A stretch of 64,000 nt of DNA from Pseudomonadota bacterium (GCA_038134595.1 JAYPVM010000003.1:127629-191628), one strand, 5' to 3'; numbered from the stretch's first letter, positions 10,056 through 20,691 are shown. A program made the numbers and translations. The notes: a model not told the origin generated them from the letters alone.

Positions 10056-10383
10056 GTAATCTGTTTCGTAACTATAATCTCTGGGGCTTAACAGTAGTCT
10101 GGTCGCTATTGTGCTAATGTTGGCGGCACGCGTAAGCCCAGCCAATGAGCTTTCAGTCGACTCTTCCCTTGTTGTTTTTTTGTGGGGAGTAATGCTCGTA
10201 ACGAGGAGCAAAACACGAGGCACCAAATAGATAATTCTGCTATTGGTAACCCGAATTATCTTCGCACAGTATTTTGGGGCTTTTATTATAAACTTTGAGA
10301 AGCGCCGCAGAATAAGCGGGGGGGCATCGGAAGGAAATTGACCGTGGTAACAACGGCCACCGCTTAGGGTACTGCTTGACATA

Positions 10384-10458
10384 TGTCCCCAACGGGATTC
10401 GAACCCGTGTCTTTACCGTGAAAGGGTAACGTCCTAGGCCAGGCTAGACGATAGGGAC
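10384..10458 (-). tRNA. tRNA-Glu (TTC), CCA not encoded
   Basis: Reverse complement folds as a cloverleaf: GTCCCTA acceptor, TTACC-CTTTCAC-GGTAA anticodon arm, GGTTCGAATCC T-arm. Confidence 0.97.
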
Positions 10459-10819
10459 TCACAGACTGAGCGTAGGGTACAGTACTTATTTAACAAAGTA
10501 CATAGTTCAAGATGCAAAAAATTGCTGTGAACGTGATTAGCAGGGCAGCTATCTGCGCATGGTTGGTCTATTGAGGAAGTTTTGTAAGTGCCTGTAGATA
10601 CGTGGCGTTTTTTAGAAAGCGCAATGTAAGTTACTGGGACCCAAAATAGAAACATCCGCTGGCCTTTTCTGTTAACAGTAATAAATAGGAGGTGGTTGAA
10701 AATACGATTTTAATAAAGATGCTTGCCCCGTGTATTAGGTGTGCTAGACGGCGATTTGCTTGGATGTATACTGTTGGGAGTGAGGGTTCGTCTATCTCGG
10801 GAGAAACAGTAATAGCATC

Positions 10820-12001
10820 ATGGCACCTAAAACGATTCCATATGAGATTCTTCGAAATCTGGCGACGGAATACGGCCTGTCCGTTGTCTCTGTTCTCCAG
10901 CCTGTGGATATCGCTACGCATGCAGAGTCACTGAGGCAATGGCAGGACCGCGGCTATGCGGGGGAAATGAGTTTTATGATGCGCTCTCCTGACTTGCTTA
11001 CGCAGCCGGAGCGCTTGTTACCAGATCTTGCGAGTGCAATCGTTGTTGGAGTTCATTACGACAGGACTAGGCGCGAGGCTTTGCCAGCTGGGCACGGTCG
11101 TATCGCCCGTTATGCTTGGGGACGTGATTATCACAAGGTTTTGCGTAAAAGATTGAAGGCTTTTGTGGATGGGGTAGAGAGCTATTTGGGTGGCGGTATT
11201 AACGCGCGTGTTTTTTCTGATTCCGTTCCTTTGTTAGAGCGTGCGATGGCAGAGAAGGTGGGAATGGGTTTTATTGGGAAGAATACCATGCTTATCGTTC
11301 CTCGTTTGGGAAGTTACCTATTTTTAGCTGAAGTGTTATGGGACGTTTGTGTCGAAGAGACTAACCAGCCGATCAGCAATATTCAAAGTCATTGTGGCCC
11401 TTGTATCTCATGTATCTCGGGGTGCCCAACGGGTGCAATCGTTGAAGAGCGACGATTAGATGCTCGACGGTGTATTTCCTATCTAACAATTGAAAAACGG
11501 ACGGCTTTAGCTGATGAAGAGAGGCGAATGTTGGGCGAGTGGATCTTCGGTTGTGATATTTGCCAAGACGTTTGCCCGTTCAATAGTCAATCCTTGCGAA
11601 AGGGAGCATCGCCCGATTTAGAAGAGTTTTCGTTTCGCAGTGGAGCGGGACAGTCTCTCTCCTTAAGGGAGGTATTGGAAATGAGGGATAACAAAGCTTT
11701 TGTGGCTCGGTTTGCAGGGACTGCTATAATGCGTGCCAAACGAGAGGGCCTTTTGAGAAATGCAGCTGTGGTTGCTGGTAATACACAGAGTGTTGAGGTG
11801 TTCAGTCATTTAGAGGTAGCTGCAAGGGAAGATCCATCGGAGTTAGTAAGGCAGCACGCGTTATGGGGAATGTATGAGATCGCCCGGGCGGATGGCAACG
11901 CCGCTATTAAATCCTTTAGAAGGATTGCTGACGAATTTAGAAAGGATATGTCAGCCCAGGTCCGCTCAGAGGCGAATATGCTATTAAGTAGGGTTTGTTA
12001 G
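10820..12001 (+). CDS. queG: Epoxyqueuosine reductase
   Basis: IARYAWGRDYH, CGPCISCISGCPTGA, RCISYLTIE, IFGCDICQDVCPFN; C-terminal HEAT repeat. Confidence 0.95.
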   Translation: MAPKTIPYEILRNLATEYGLSVVSVLQPVDIATHAESLRQWQDRGYAGEMSFMMRSPDLLTQPERLLPDLASAIVVGVHYDRTRREALPAGHGRIARYAWGRDYHKVLRKRLKAFVDGVESYLGGGINARVFSDSVPLLERAMAEKVGMGFIGKNTMLIVPRLGSYLFLAEVLWDVCVEETNQPISNIQSHCGPCISCISGCPTGAIVEERRLDARRCISYLTIEKRTALADEERRMLGEWIFGCDICQDVCPFNSQSLRKGASPDLEEFSFRSGAGQSLSLREVLEMRDNKAFVARFAGTAIMRAKREGLLRNAAVVAGNTQSVEVFSHLEVAAREDPSELVRQHALWGMYEIARADGNAAIKSFRRIADEFRKDMSAQVRSEANMLLSRVC

Positions 12002-12078
12002 AGAGTTTTTTCTATAATCGATCAGTGATACGCTAGGAGAGGATAGGAGATATAAATCTGTGTTAAGAGGGGCTAGAG

Positions 12079-12711
12079 ATGGTGTCAAAGAGAGATTGTA
12101 GTACTGTCGTGCGTAATGTGTATCAAAAGAGATTATACATGGTTTCCTGGGGACTTGTGTTGGCTGTGCTACTGGGATGTGCCCCAGAAATTGGGGTTAG
12201 ATTGCTAGTGCCAGATGTGCCGGATGCTGTTTCACTTGAGGATGGCGCACAGACTGCAAATAGACTGCGTGTGCATGTGGGGGCCTTTAAAGATGATCGC
12301 ATCGATACAACTCTTGTTACGATAGATGGAAGGAAGGTCGATTCCGACGGTAGTGTGGGTTCATCCGTACAGGAGGGATTTGTTCGTTATTTATCACGAG
12401 CGGGTGCAAGTGCGGCTGTGTTGGGAGCTCCTAGTATTGAGGGCTCGGTTATACAATGGCATGCTGAAGTCGATCCTTCATTTCCTACATCAAAGGCATC
12501 TTCTGTGGCGAAGCTTGCCATATTAATCAGAGATTCACGGGGACATTCGATATATCGAGCAAACTTTACAGGAGAGTCCTCGGTTGAGCATCCGATGTTG
12601 GGAGAGAAGGAAGTTAGTCGCTTGTTGGCCCAGTCGATGGGAAGTGCGATTGAGGCTGTTGTGAGGGATGAAGAAATCATGCGGCAGCTCACCCGAGGAA
12701 ATATCAAATAA
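12079..12711 (+). CDS. Putative lipoprotein (YajG-like alpha/beta fold)
   Basis: Lipobox LLGC; FKDDR motif and alternating strand/helix pattern. Confidence 0.6.
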   Translation: MVSKRDCSTVVRNVYQKRLYMVSWGLVLAVLLGCAPEIGVRLLVPDVPDAVSLEDGAQTANRLRVHVGAFKDDRIDTTLVTIDGRKVDSDGSVGSSVQEGFVRYLSRAGASAAVLGAPSIEGSVIQWHAEVDPSFPTSKASSVAKLAILIRDSRGHSIYRANFTGESSVEHPMLGEKEVSRLLAQSMGSAIEAVVRDEEIMRQLTRGNIK

Positions 12712-12747
12712 TCGCGACTCGCATACCGAAGAGAGAGAGGGGCAGGT

Positions 12748-13620
12748 TTGATTGATAAGAAGTGTTTTGTGAATGCTGTTCGGGAGGGCATGTTAAAGGC
12801 TATGCATCTTCTAAAGCAACATGCTCAGCTACGAGAAGCCGATATCGAACTCAAGAGCGATGGAACGTTTGTAACGGGTATGGACCGTGCTATAGAGGAG
12901 ATTCTGGTTAGATCGATTGGGGGCAGATTTCCAGATATCCCTGTTTTGGCAGAGGAAAGTAGTGGAGCATTAGATGCAACAGATCGGAAAAACTGGGCAG
13001 AAGCTTTTTTCTCTTCGAATTATCAGGTGATTCTCGACCCTATAGACGGCACTAGAAATTTCATTCAAGGCAGTCGGCAGTATTGTATTGCGGTTGCACT
13101 GACGAAAAAAAATAAGACTGGAATTTGGCCTATTGTTGGGTTGGTGGCAGTCCCGGAAGAAGATTGTTTGTACTGGAACATGGAAGGTTCGATATTCAAG
13201 GAGCACATCACTTCGGGAGAGGTGATCGCTATTGATTGTGATGTCGTGCCCTCGGCTCAATTATCGGTCAATTCAAAGGATAGGCAGTGGGCCAAGGATT
13301 CTGGTATTCGATTTCATTTTCCATGGGTTTCGAGTGGTTCTAGTGTGTATGATTTTCTCGGGATTGTAACTGGTAGGAATAGGGGTTGTTTACTCGGTTC
13401 TCAACGCCTCTGGGATTTGATGGCGCCGTTAGCTATCGCGCGCGATGCCGGACACAATTTGGTAGATATAGATACTGAAAGTGTCGTGGATTCACTTTCA
13501 GTTAACGATATTACAATTGACGATGCCGCTTCGTCGTGGGGATTTATTCGGCGGTTTGTATTATTGCGACGAGGGGACCGTTTGAGTGATCTAATTGAGA
13601 AACTAAGTTCCCGGAAGTAG
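12748..13620 (+). CDS. Inositol monophosphatase (FIG) family protein
   Basis: KSDGTFVT.MD, LAEE, LDPIDGT.NF, LWD motifs. Confidence 0.88.
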   Translation: MIDKKCFVNAVREGMLKAMHLLKQHAQLREADIELKSDGTFVTGMDRAIEEILVRSIGGRFPDIPVLAEESSGALDATDRKNWAEAFFSSNYQVILDPIDGTRNFIQGSRQYCIAVALTKKNKTGIWPIVGLVAVPEEDCLYWNMEGSIFKEHITSGEVIAIDCDVVPSAQLSVNSKDRQWAKDSGIRFHFPWVSSGSSVYDFLGIVTGRNRGCLLGSQRLWDLMAPLAIARDAGHNLVDIDTESVVDSLSVNDITIDDAASSWGFIRRFVLLRRGDRLSDLIEKLSSRK

Positions 13621-14073
13621 CGCATTTTCTCTTTTGGTGAGTGCTCTGCTGATGCGATCAAGCATCGAGTCGAACAAAAGGGGATCTCTACTCCGGTGCT
13701 CGGAGAGAATTGCAAATGCCTTATCTAGTTGATTGTGTTGTTCGTACCAACTCGCGAGGGAACGAAGGCGGTCCGATATAAGCGTTTTTTCGATCCCTTC
13801 ATTTTCAGCTTGAATATAGGCCGAAAGCGCCTCTTGGGGCATGTCTTGGCTAAGGTAGATATCTCCGACTCGCAACAGATAGAAATAGGGGTTTTCCCAA
13901 CTCAGTCGGGATGAGTCCTGAAGTCTCTCTTCAATATGTAGTCGATACGTAGCAATTGCCTCATCGTATCGGCGCCTCTGGGTCAAGTCTTCGGCTTGAT
14001 GAAGTAAATCAATATTTGAGCAAGCGACTAGCGGTAGTAGTAGTAAAGATTTTATACAATAGCGTATCTCCAT
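13603..14073 (-). CDS. TPR lipoprotein, unknown function
   Basis: Lipobox LVAC; TPR-like helices (YDEAIATY, GDIYL..EAL.AY). Confidence 0.7.
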   Translation of the reverse strand: MEIRYCIKSLLLLPLVACSNIDLLHQAEDLTQRRRYDEAIATYRLHIEERLQDSSRLSWENPYFYLLRVGDIYLSQDMPQEALSAYIQAENEGIEKTLISDRLRSLASWYEQHNQLDKAFAILSEHRSRDPLLFDSMLDRISRALTKRENALLPGT

Positions 14074-15014
14074 CAGAAGATCTCCTTACAACCGTCTTTT
14101 TCGTTTTCTCTCCGACGCCGTAGAATTGCCTTTAAGTGTTCTATGTATTTAGATGTAGAGAGTACGGTTCCATCCGGTAAGCTTCTCCATCTCTTGTGAA
14201 ACCAAACCCATTGTTCTGGATGCTTTCGGACAAGGCGTTCAAGGTCCTTATTGTATGCCATCAAGATGCCGTCTTCTGAAAGACCTTCCTTAATTGGTTT
14301 TAGATATAGGGTGAACGCATGCTTACTGGTTCGGAATAAAAAGGCGGATGCAAACTGGGCATTGTGCTTGATTCCCAACGTGGCAAGTGAGACCGGAGTT
14401 TTGGCGGGTGCTCCGAAAAAGGGGACAAATGAGCTACTAACTCTGGTATCTTGATCAATGAGTCCGGCGATAACGTTTCCATTCTTTAGCGCAGAAATGA
14501 GCTTTTTGATAGCAGTTTTGTCAGACCTCCATAGCGTCTGGATACCGTATCGTTGTCGAATTGAAGATAGAATGCATTGAGCGAGTGGGTTACGTGCCTC
14601 CCTCCCTATGGTAGTCACTTTGATGCCCTGGTGTACAATGTATGCTCCAAGTAGATCCCAGTTTCCTGTATGGGCTGTGAGGGCAACTGTTGGTCGGAGA
14701 GAATGCCTCAGATTATCGAGGAGGTCTCGGCCTTCAATCGTTATAGTATATTTGCTCCCCGAGAGTGCAGGAGAGAGATTGAAGGATTCAAAAAGTGTAC
14801 GACTGGCATTGGCAAAGGTACTTCTCACGCGATGGCCAGAAGTATATTGTCTTAAGAACACTTGGAGTTGAAGTGTTGCTATGAGTCGATCTCTGAAGGG
14901 GAAAAAAGCGATGCTATAGCCCAACCACCAGCCGATTTGGCTACGCAAGCTAAATGGTATCGAGCCAATGAGAGAAACGATACCGGCAGCAAATTTATTA
15001 GGATTACGGCTCAT
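14073..15014 (-). CDS. Lipid A late acyltransferase (LpxL/HtrB family)
   Basis: AHTGNWD, LIDQD, VPFFG, HPEQWVWFHKRW. Confidence 0.92.
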   Translation of the reverse strand: MSRNPNKFAAGIVSLIGSIPFSLRSQIGWWLGYSIAFFPFRDRLIATLQLQVFLRQYTSGHRVRSTFANASRTLFESFNLSPALSGSKYTITIEGRDLLDNLRHSLRPTVALTAHTGNWDLLGAYIVHQGIKVTTIGREARNPLAQCILSSIRQRYGIQTLWRSDKTAIKKLISALKNGNVIAGLIDQDTRVSSSFVPFFGAPAKTPVSLATLGIKHNAQFASAFLFRTSKHAFTLYLKPIKEGLSEDGILMAYNKDLERLVRKHPEQWVWFHKRWRSLPDGTVLSTSKYIEHLKAILRRRRENEKDGCKEIF

Positions 15015-15042
15015 GATGTGCCAAGTGTATACTAGAAAGCAC

Positions 15043-16140
15043 CTAAGAGGGAATTGGCCATTCTATCTCCTCTTCGGGCGGTATTTTTTGGCGTATTTCA
15101 TGCATGAATATGAAGTCTGGAATTCTATCTTGAACAAGAAGTCCCACATATGCCCCGGAATCCAACACTTTTAGTGCAGGTGAGCTATGGATTTCAAAAA
15201 GTGAATATGCCTCGGAGAGTGAGGCATTCAGATCTATAGAGGGGAGAGTTTTCTGTGTTACTTCACCAATATAGTCGTCGGCTCGAGACGTTGCGAATGC
15301 AAGGATGTCATCCCTTAGTACGATACCAAGAAAATCGCTCCCATTAAGTACCGGAAATACAGACTGCCAAGAAGTTAAAACTAATGGCAAGGCTTTAGAG
15401 ATAGTGCTGCCGTGGGCGAGCGACTCGAGGCGTTCTTGTGGCACATAGGCATCCCGCACTGAAAATTCGGATGCGACAACTTTTGTCTCAGCTCTTAGGT
15501 GCTCTTGCATAGCGCCAAGAAAGATGACGAGCGATATTATAAATAAAATCGGTAAGCCCAAGTACAATGCCACTAGCCCAAGTAGAATACACAATGCTTG
15601 GCTTATTCGAGCAGAGATTTTTGTAGCATTTTTTACCGAGAGTAGAGCTAACACCGAACGGAGAACCCTGCCACCATCCATCGGCAAGGCTGGTAGTAGA
15701 TTGAATGCCACCAGAGCAACGTTTGTTGCAAATAGTCGGTGAGTCATTGAAACGTTTTCGAGTTGCGCAAGGTCTATGGGCTCCATAATTAGATAAATTA
15801 CCCCCGCAATCACGACGTTTACCATAGGTCCCGCAAGTGCGATAAACAGTTCGGCCCGGGGCTCTGGTTGTGTCGAGATGGAGGCGATTCCGCCAAACGG
15901 ATAGAGCGTGATGTCTCTTGTCTTGATTGAAAATCGGTGGGCCATAAGAGCATGACCGAGTTCATGCAAGAGAACGCAGGAGAAGATAAGTATTACAAAG
16001 ATAGCTTCCGAGATAGGAGCCTCGGCCTTCGGGTCTAGAAGTAACCAACCAAGAAGAATGAAAAAAGTGTAGTGAATTCGTATTGGAATTTCTCGAACCG
16101 ATCCAATTGTCAGGCTCCAGGATTTATTGGCTCTCGTCAC
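15043..16140 (-). CDS. Site-2 protease (M50B) with CBS pair
   Basis: HELGH, AGP, FNLLPALPMDGGR; C-terminal CBS-like repeats. Confidence 0.93.
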   Translation of the reverse strand: MTRANKSWSLTIGSVREIPIRIHYTFFILLGWLLLDPKAEAPISEAIFVILIFSCVLLHELGHALMAHRFSIKTRDITLYPFGGIASISTQPEPRAELFIALAGPMVNVVIAGVIYLIMEPIDLAQLENVSMTHRLFATNVALVAFNLLPALPMDGGRVLRSVLALLSVKNATKISARISQALCILLGLVALYLGLPILFIISLVIFLGAMQEHLRAETKVVASEFSVRDAYVPQERLESLAHGSTISKALPLVLTSWQSVFPVLNGSDFLGIVLRDDILAFATSRADDYIGEVTQKTLPSIDLNASLSEAYSLFEIHSSPALKVLDSGAYVGLLVQDRIPDFIFMHEIRQKIPPEEEIEWPIPS

Positions 16141-16754
16141 GTAGTTGTTCCCTTTATGATTATTTGCTTGGCCAGTTGTTCATCGTGATTTAATGTATGT
16201 TCGGTCGGATGTTGGATGATAGAAGACCGAACTGTAGCGATAGTATCTAAGGTTTCCCATCGAAATGTAAATCTGTGATTTCTGTCAAGTAGAGTCTAGT
16301 TTACTTTAGTCAAAAGTTACATGACTTAAATGGTACTTTGAAAGCTCTGTTAATACGGACTCCATTACTTTTTAGAGGTTCCGTGAGCGAACCGATGTCC
16401 TATTCTGTGTCATGCCAAAAATTACCGGCAAAGCACTATTCTCCTTGCCCTGCTCGGATCGCTCCGTGGAGTTGTATTCTTTCATTGGTCGGTAGGATTC
16501 TGAGGAGCTCTGTTTTGGGCGGTGTATTCTCCCATTGAGGTTCTCGAATAGGTAGAACCGGTTCTCAGCAGAGGTGTGGGGAGAGCTGAAGGATTCCTGG
16601 GGGGAAAACGGATATCTGTTAGTATATTCAGAGCGTTATCTTAAGGATATCCACTTGTCGTATTGGACTAGTGTTGCAGGCGTTTTAATTTGAATCGTTT
16701 AGTGGTAGCCTGTGGCCCTGTTTTGTGCTGAAAAATCAGGAGCTTGGGGGTTCG

Positions 16755-18044
16755 ATGAGCGTAAAAGATTTAACGGTCGGGATTGTTGGTTTGGGATATG
16801 TGGGCCTACCCTTAGCTTTGGCTATGGGACGTGTGTTTCCTAATACGATTGGGTTTGACGTAAGTAACAAAAAAATTGACGCGCTTTGCAGGGGAGAAGA
16901 TCCGACTGATGAAGGATTTGAAGGTGAGATATCTGATTCCTCCGTGGAGTTTGTTGCTGACGAGGCAATCATTCGTAAATGTGATGTGATAATAGTTGCA
17001 GTGCCAACTCCGATTGACGAAAACCGCCAACCAGACCTCGATATCCTCGTATCTGCTAGTGAAACAGTTGGTAGGAATCTTAAGAAGGGGGCCATCGTCG
17101 TATATGAGTCAACGGTCTACCCTGGAGTGACGGAGTATGTTTGCTGTCCTGCTCTTGAAAGAGCATCGGGGTTGAAGAGAGGAGTAGATTTTTTTGTGGG
17201 ATACTCCCCGGAGCGCATTAATCCGGGCGACAAGGAGCATACATTTGAACGTATCGTTAAAGTGGTAGCCGGAGAGTCTGAAGATGTTACGGAAACGATA
17301 GCCTTAATGTATGAACAAGTTGTGACGGCCGGAATTTTTAGGGCCAAGTCAATCCAAACCGCGGAGGCAGCTAAGGTTATCGAGAATACGCAGCGTGATC
17401 TCAATATCGCACTGATGAACGAGCTCTCAATTATTTTTGATAAGATGAAAATCCGTACTCAGGATGTTCTTGAAGCGGCAAGTACCAAGTGGAACTTCTT
17501 GGGCTTTAAGCCAGGGCTCGTGGGGGGGCATTGTATCGGAGTCGACCCTTATTACCTTACAGCAAAGGCGCAGCAACTGGGTTATAACCCAGAGGTTATT
17601 CTGGCTGGTCGGAGAATCAACGATAACATGGGCACCTTTATTGCGGGACGGACAGTTAAGTTGATGATAAACGCAGGTCTTGCACTTCGAGGTGCGAGGG
17701 TTGGTATTCTTGGTATTACGTTTAAAGAGAATGTTTCGGATGTCAGAAATAGTCGAGTGCCTGATATTTATCGCGAGTTACAGGATTTTGGCATCGAGAC
17801 TTTGATTTGCGATCCGTTAGCTGATGCCTCACTCGTCAAGGAAGAATACGGAGTTGAGCTATCTGGTCTTGATAGATTCAAAGAGCTCGATGGCATCATT
17901 GTCGCAGTACCACATAAGGAGATTATTACGATGGGGATTCAGGGCGTCTGTGAATGTATCCATAGCAAGGGGGTGCTTGTGGATATTAAGTCAATTTTTG
18001 ATCCGCAAGAGGTGCCCCCAAATCTAGTATACTGGAGTTTGTAG
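16755..18044 (+). CDS. UDP-N-acetylhexosamine dehydrogenase (TviB/WbpO/WecC family)
   Basis: GLGYVGLP, YESTVYPG, YSPERINPG, GGHCIGVDPYYL; start placed at ATG 16755. Confidence 0.94.
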   Translation: MSVKDLTVGIVGLGYVGLPLALAMGRVFPNTIGFDVSNKKIDALCRGEDPTDEGFEGEISDSSVEFVADEAIIRKCDVIIVAVPTPIDENRQPDLDILVSASETVGRNLKKGAIVVYESTVYPGVTEYVCCPALERASGLKRGVDFFVGYSPERINPGDKEHTFERIVKVVAGESEDVTETIALMYEQVVTAGIFRAKSIQTAEAAKVIENTQRDLNIALMNELSIIFDKMKIRTQDVLEAASTKWNFLGFKPGLVGGHCIGVDPYYLTAKAQQLGYNPEVILAGRRINDNMGTFIAGRTVKLMINAGLALRGARVGILGITFKENVSDVRNSRVPDIYRELQDFGIETLICDPLADASLVKEEYGVELSGLDRFKELDGIIVAVPHKEIITMGIQGVCECIHSKGVLVDIKSIFDPQEVPPNLVYWSL

Positions 18045-18045
18045 T

Positions 18046-19065
18046 ATGGCAGGATCTGAGTCGAACGTGTGGGTGGTTACTGGGGCAGCGGGATTTATTG
18101 GCTCGCACATAGTTGAGACCCTCTTGCATAGGGGTGAAAAGGTTGTTGCAGTTGATAATTTTGTCACAGGCTCACGGAAAAATATCGATTTATTAGAAAG
18201 TATCGCAGGGCTTTCTACCGCGGGAAGTTTAGATTTTAGAGAGTTAGACATAACTGATAGAGCGTCTTTGCACAATTTGTTCTTGGAAGTTAATCCGACC
18301 TATGTCTTACACCAAGCCGCGCTCGGCTCTGTACCTCGTTCAATAGAGAATCCGATACGATCACACGAGGCTAACGTTGATGGATTTATAAATGTTCTGG
18401 AGGCGTCTCGGCTTGCGCGTGTTCGGCGAATCGTCTATGCGTCATCGAGCTCTGTTTATGGCGACAGTGTTGAAAGCCCTAAAAGAGAGGAAGTAATTGG
18501 CGAGTGTCTTTCGCCGTATGCAGCAACCAAGCGAGCAAATGAAATTTACGCACAGGTGTATGGTCGTACCTATGAAGTAGAAACGGTTGGACTGCGCTAC
18601 TTCAATGTCTTCGGTCCGAGGCAGGATCCGAATGGTCCCTATGCCGCAGTAATCCCTCGATGGCTTGCTGCTCTGAAAGAGAGACGGGGGGTTACGATCT
18701 TCGGAGATGGCTCCACATCGAGAGATTTTTGTTATGTTAAGAACGTTGTGCAGGCAAATTTGTTGGCTGCTACCGTTGCATCGTCTAATCTGAGAGGGAC
18801 CGATGTGATAAACATCGCGTGCGGAAACACCACAAGCCTCCTCGAGCTTGAATTTATGTTGCGGAGTGCTGTCGCTGATAGTTTGAAAATCGAGCCGACA
18901 GATATCCCCGATCCCGTATTTGAGGACTTTCGAAAGGGGGATATAAAGCACTCCCTGGCCGCGATTAAACGTGCTTCGGTGGCGCTACAATATTCGCCAA
19001 CTCATTCTGTCGATGATGGAATCCGTGAGCTAGTGAAGCATGAGTTTGAAGCGAGTTCGCGCTAG
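18046..19065 (+). CDS. UDP-GlcNAc(A) C4-epimerase (TviC/WbpP family)
   Basis: TGAAGFIGS, HQAALGSVPRS, YASSSSVYG, YAATK, LRYFNVFG.RQDP. Confidence 0.93.
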   Translation: MAGSESNVWVVTGAAGFIGSHIVETLLHRGEKVVAVDNFVTGSRKNIDLLESIAGLSTAGSLDFRELDITDRASLHNLFLEVNPTYVLHQAALGSVPRSIENPIRSHEANVDGFINVLEASRLARVRRIVYASSSSVYGDSVESPKREEVIGECLSPYAATKRANEIYAQVYGRTYEVETVGLRYFNVFGPRQDPNGPYAAVIPRWLAALKERRGVTIFGDGSTSRDFCYVKNVVQANLLAATVASSNLRGTDVINIACGNTTSLLELEFMLRSAVADSLKIEPTDIPDPVFEDFRKGDIKHSLAAIKRASVALQYSPTHSVDDGIRELVKHEFEASSR

Positions 19066-19220
19066 TATTTACAAGCATTTAAGGCATCTGTTGCGGCCAG
19101 GTTTTGCCTGAGATCCTCTTCTCTGGTAGTCTCGTCAGAGCTTTTTTATAACAAAAGGCTTACTTTTTTTATACGTTATTCCGAGTGTTCCTTAGGGCTT
19201 ATTTCCAGGGGGAGTCAATT

Positions 19221-19943
19221 GTGAGTTGTTCATTTTGTGGTTTCGCATCCACCGATGCAGACCAAAATTCTTTATCACCATCGCCATTCCAATCGAATGG
19301 GATCTTGTTTGAAATTATCGAGAGAAGTGAACTCGCAGGATTTACTCTTCATCCACTCGAGCGAGAAGCGTTAGGGTCCGTTGCATCAGAGAAGCGAAAA
19401 ATTGATTTTAGTTTAGGAAGAGCAGCAGCCCATCGAGCCCTTTCTAGGTTCGATATCCCAGCAGAAATTCCTATCCTACGTGGAGAAAGCAGAGAGCCTC
19501 TGTGGCCCGTGGGAATAGTTGGTTCTATTGCCCATGCGTCTGGATATGGTGTTGCGGCTGTAGCGCGAGAGGGCGACTATAGAGGTCTTGGGGTTGATAT
19601 TCAGAAGATCGAGGAGCGGTATACTGATCATTTGATATCGAGATTCGCTGATTCCGATGAATTCGAGTGGGTGTGTTCGGATGCTTCGAAGCGTACCGAG
19701 CGAGCTGTCCGATTATTTTCGGCGAAAGAGAGCGTATTTAAGGCGCTGTATCCTATCGGTAGAGTGTGGTTCGCTTTTGATGTAGCGCATCTCTCTCCGT
19801 GTGAATCAGAGGATCGGTTTCATGCTACGGTACGACTGCCATCTATATCGAAGTCAGCGATTAGTCTTGAGGTCGGTGTTATTCAGTATGAGAATCACAT
19901 CATTACGGGCGCAACGCTAACGACGGGTATTGACTGTACCTAA
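19221..19943 (+). CDS. 4'-phosphopantetheinyl transferase (EntD/Npt-like)
   Basis: GR.AA..AL, PLWP.G.VGSI.H, GVDI, FSAKESVFKA; GTG start behind GGGGAG. Confidence 0.9.
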   Translation: MSCSFCGFASTDADQNSLSPSPFQSNGILFEIIERSELAGFTLHPLEREALGSVASEKRKIDFSLGRAAAHRALSRFDIPAEIPILRGESREPLWPVGIVGSIAHASGYGVAAVAREGDYRGLGVDIQKIEERYTDHLISRFADSDEFEWVCSDASKRTERAVRLFSAKESVFKALYPIGRVWFAFDVAHLSPCESEDRFHATVRLPSISKSAISLEVGVIQYENHIITGATLTTGIDCT

Positions 19944-19964
19944 GACACTCGAAGGTTAATTGGG

Positions 19965-20681
19965 TTATCCACCATGGAGTTTAATGGCGGATGTGTACGT
20001 TTCAGTTTTTCCTCGAGGTGTCTTAAGCTCAGCGCTGAATTGGATAATTGCGGGGAGTTTCCTGCTGTCTTCATTTTGCCAAACGTCTGACCATTGTTTT
20101 GATTCTTTGTTGAAAAATTTAAAGTTTATTGAGGATAGATTGTTTGCGATCGGAAAACGCAAAGCGTTTTTGCACGCTGTGCTAAGGGGCTTTGTGTACG
20201 GGACTTCCTCTCGGATTAGATAAAATTGCCCCTCAGGCAGTTGATCCTCGCCTGAGGACCCTTTCGCGGGCCGATATGTAATCTGAACAAGACCAGAATG
20301 AGTTCCTCCGTCTGGAACATATTGCCCTGCTTCCTGAGCAATAAACGATAGGGACATTCCTCCTGTAACGCTTTCAGTTATGAGGAATGGATTCTTTTGC
20401 ACTCCAGATTGATTGTTGGATCCAGTTGTGAGTCCATTGCAACTTGGAAGCAGGGGACGGCGTACCGCAAGTTGTAGCTCCTTTGATATTCTTGTAAGGA
20501 GCGAATTTGCTAAGAACATTCCCTCTCTTTTATCATCAAGCATTTGCTTAGATTCCATTATGCCGAGCAGGATTTTGTAGTTGAGGGTTATCATGACACT
20601 CAGAATTGCGAGTGCAGTAATAACCTCTATCAGAGTAAATCCCTGTTCTTGCTGCCGTGTATGAGGTCTTCCACGTTTCAT
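19965..20681 (-). CDS. gspJ: T2SS minor pseudopilin GspJ
   Basis: GFTLIEV prepilin site; WSDVW...LPAII C-terminus; cluster order. Confidence 0.8.
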   Translation of the reverse strand: MKRGRPHTRQQEQGFTLIEVITALAILSVMITLNYKILLGIMESKQMLDDKREGMFLANSLLTRISKELQLAVRRPLLPSCNGLTTGSNNQSGVQKNPFLITESVTGGMSLSFIAQEAGQYVPDGGTHSGLVQITYRPAKGSSGEDQLPEGQFYLIREEVPYTKPLSTACKNALRFPIANNLSSINFKFFNKESKQWSDVWQNEDSRKLPAIIQFSAELKTPRGKTETYTSAIKLHGG

Positions 20682-20691
20682 ACGAGTTGCC

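Noticed and set aside
10322..10345. CGGAAGGAA as SRP RNA helix 8
   Set aside because: Lacks the flanking CAGG and AGCAG of the conserved internal loop and the long SRP stem.
10032..10382. 116-aa minus ORF next to tRNA-Glu, and 62753-63067 minus ORF
   Set aside because: No RBS, no recognisable motif, atypical composition; likely spurious.
19221..19245. CSFCG at the PPTase N-terminus as a ClpX-type zinc finger
   Set aside because: Only one CxxC pair; no second pair at suitable spacing.
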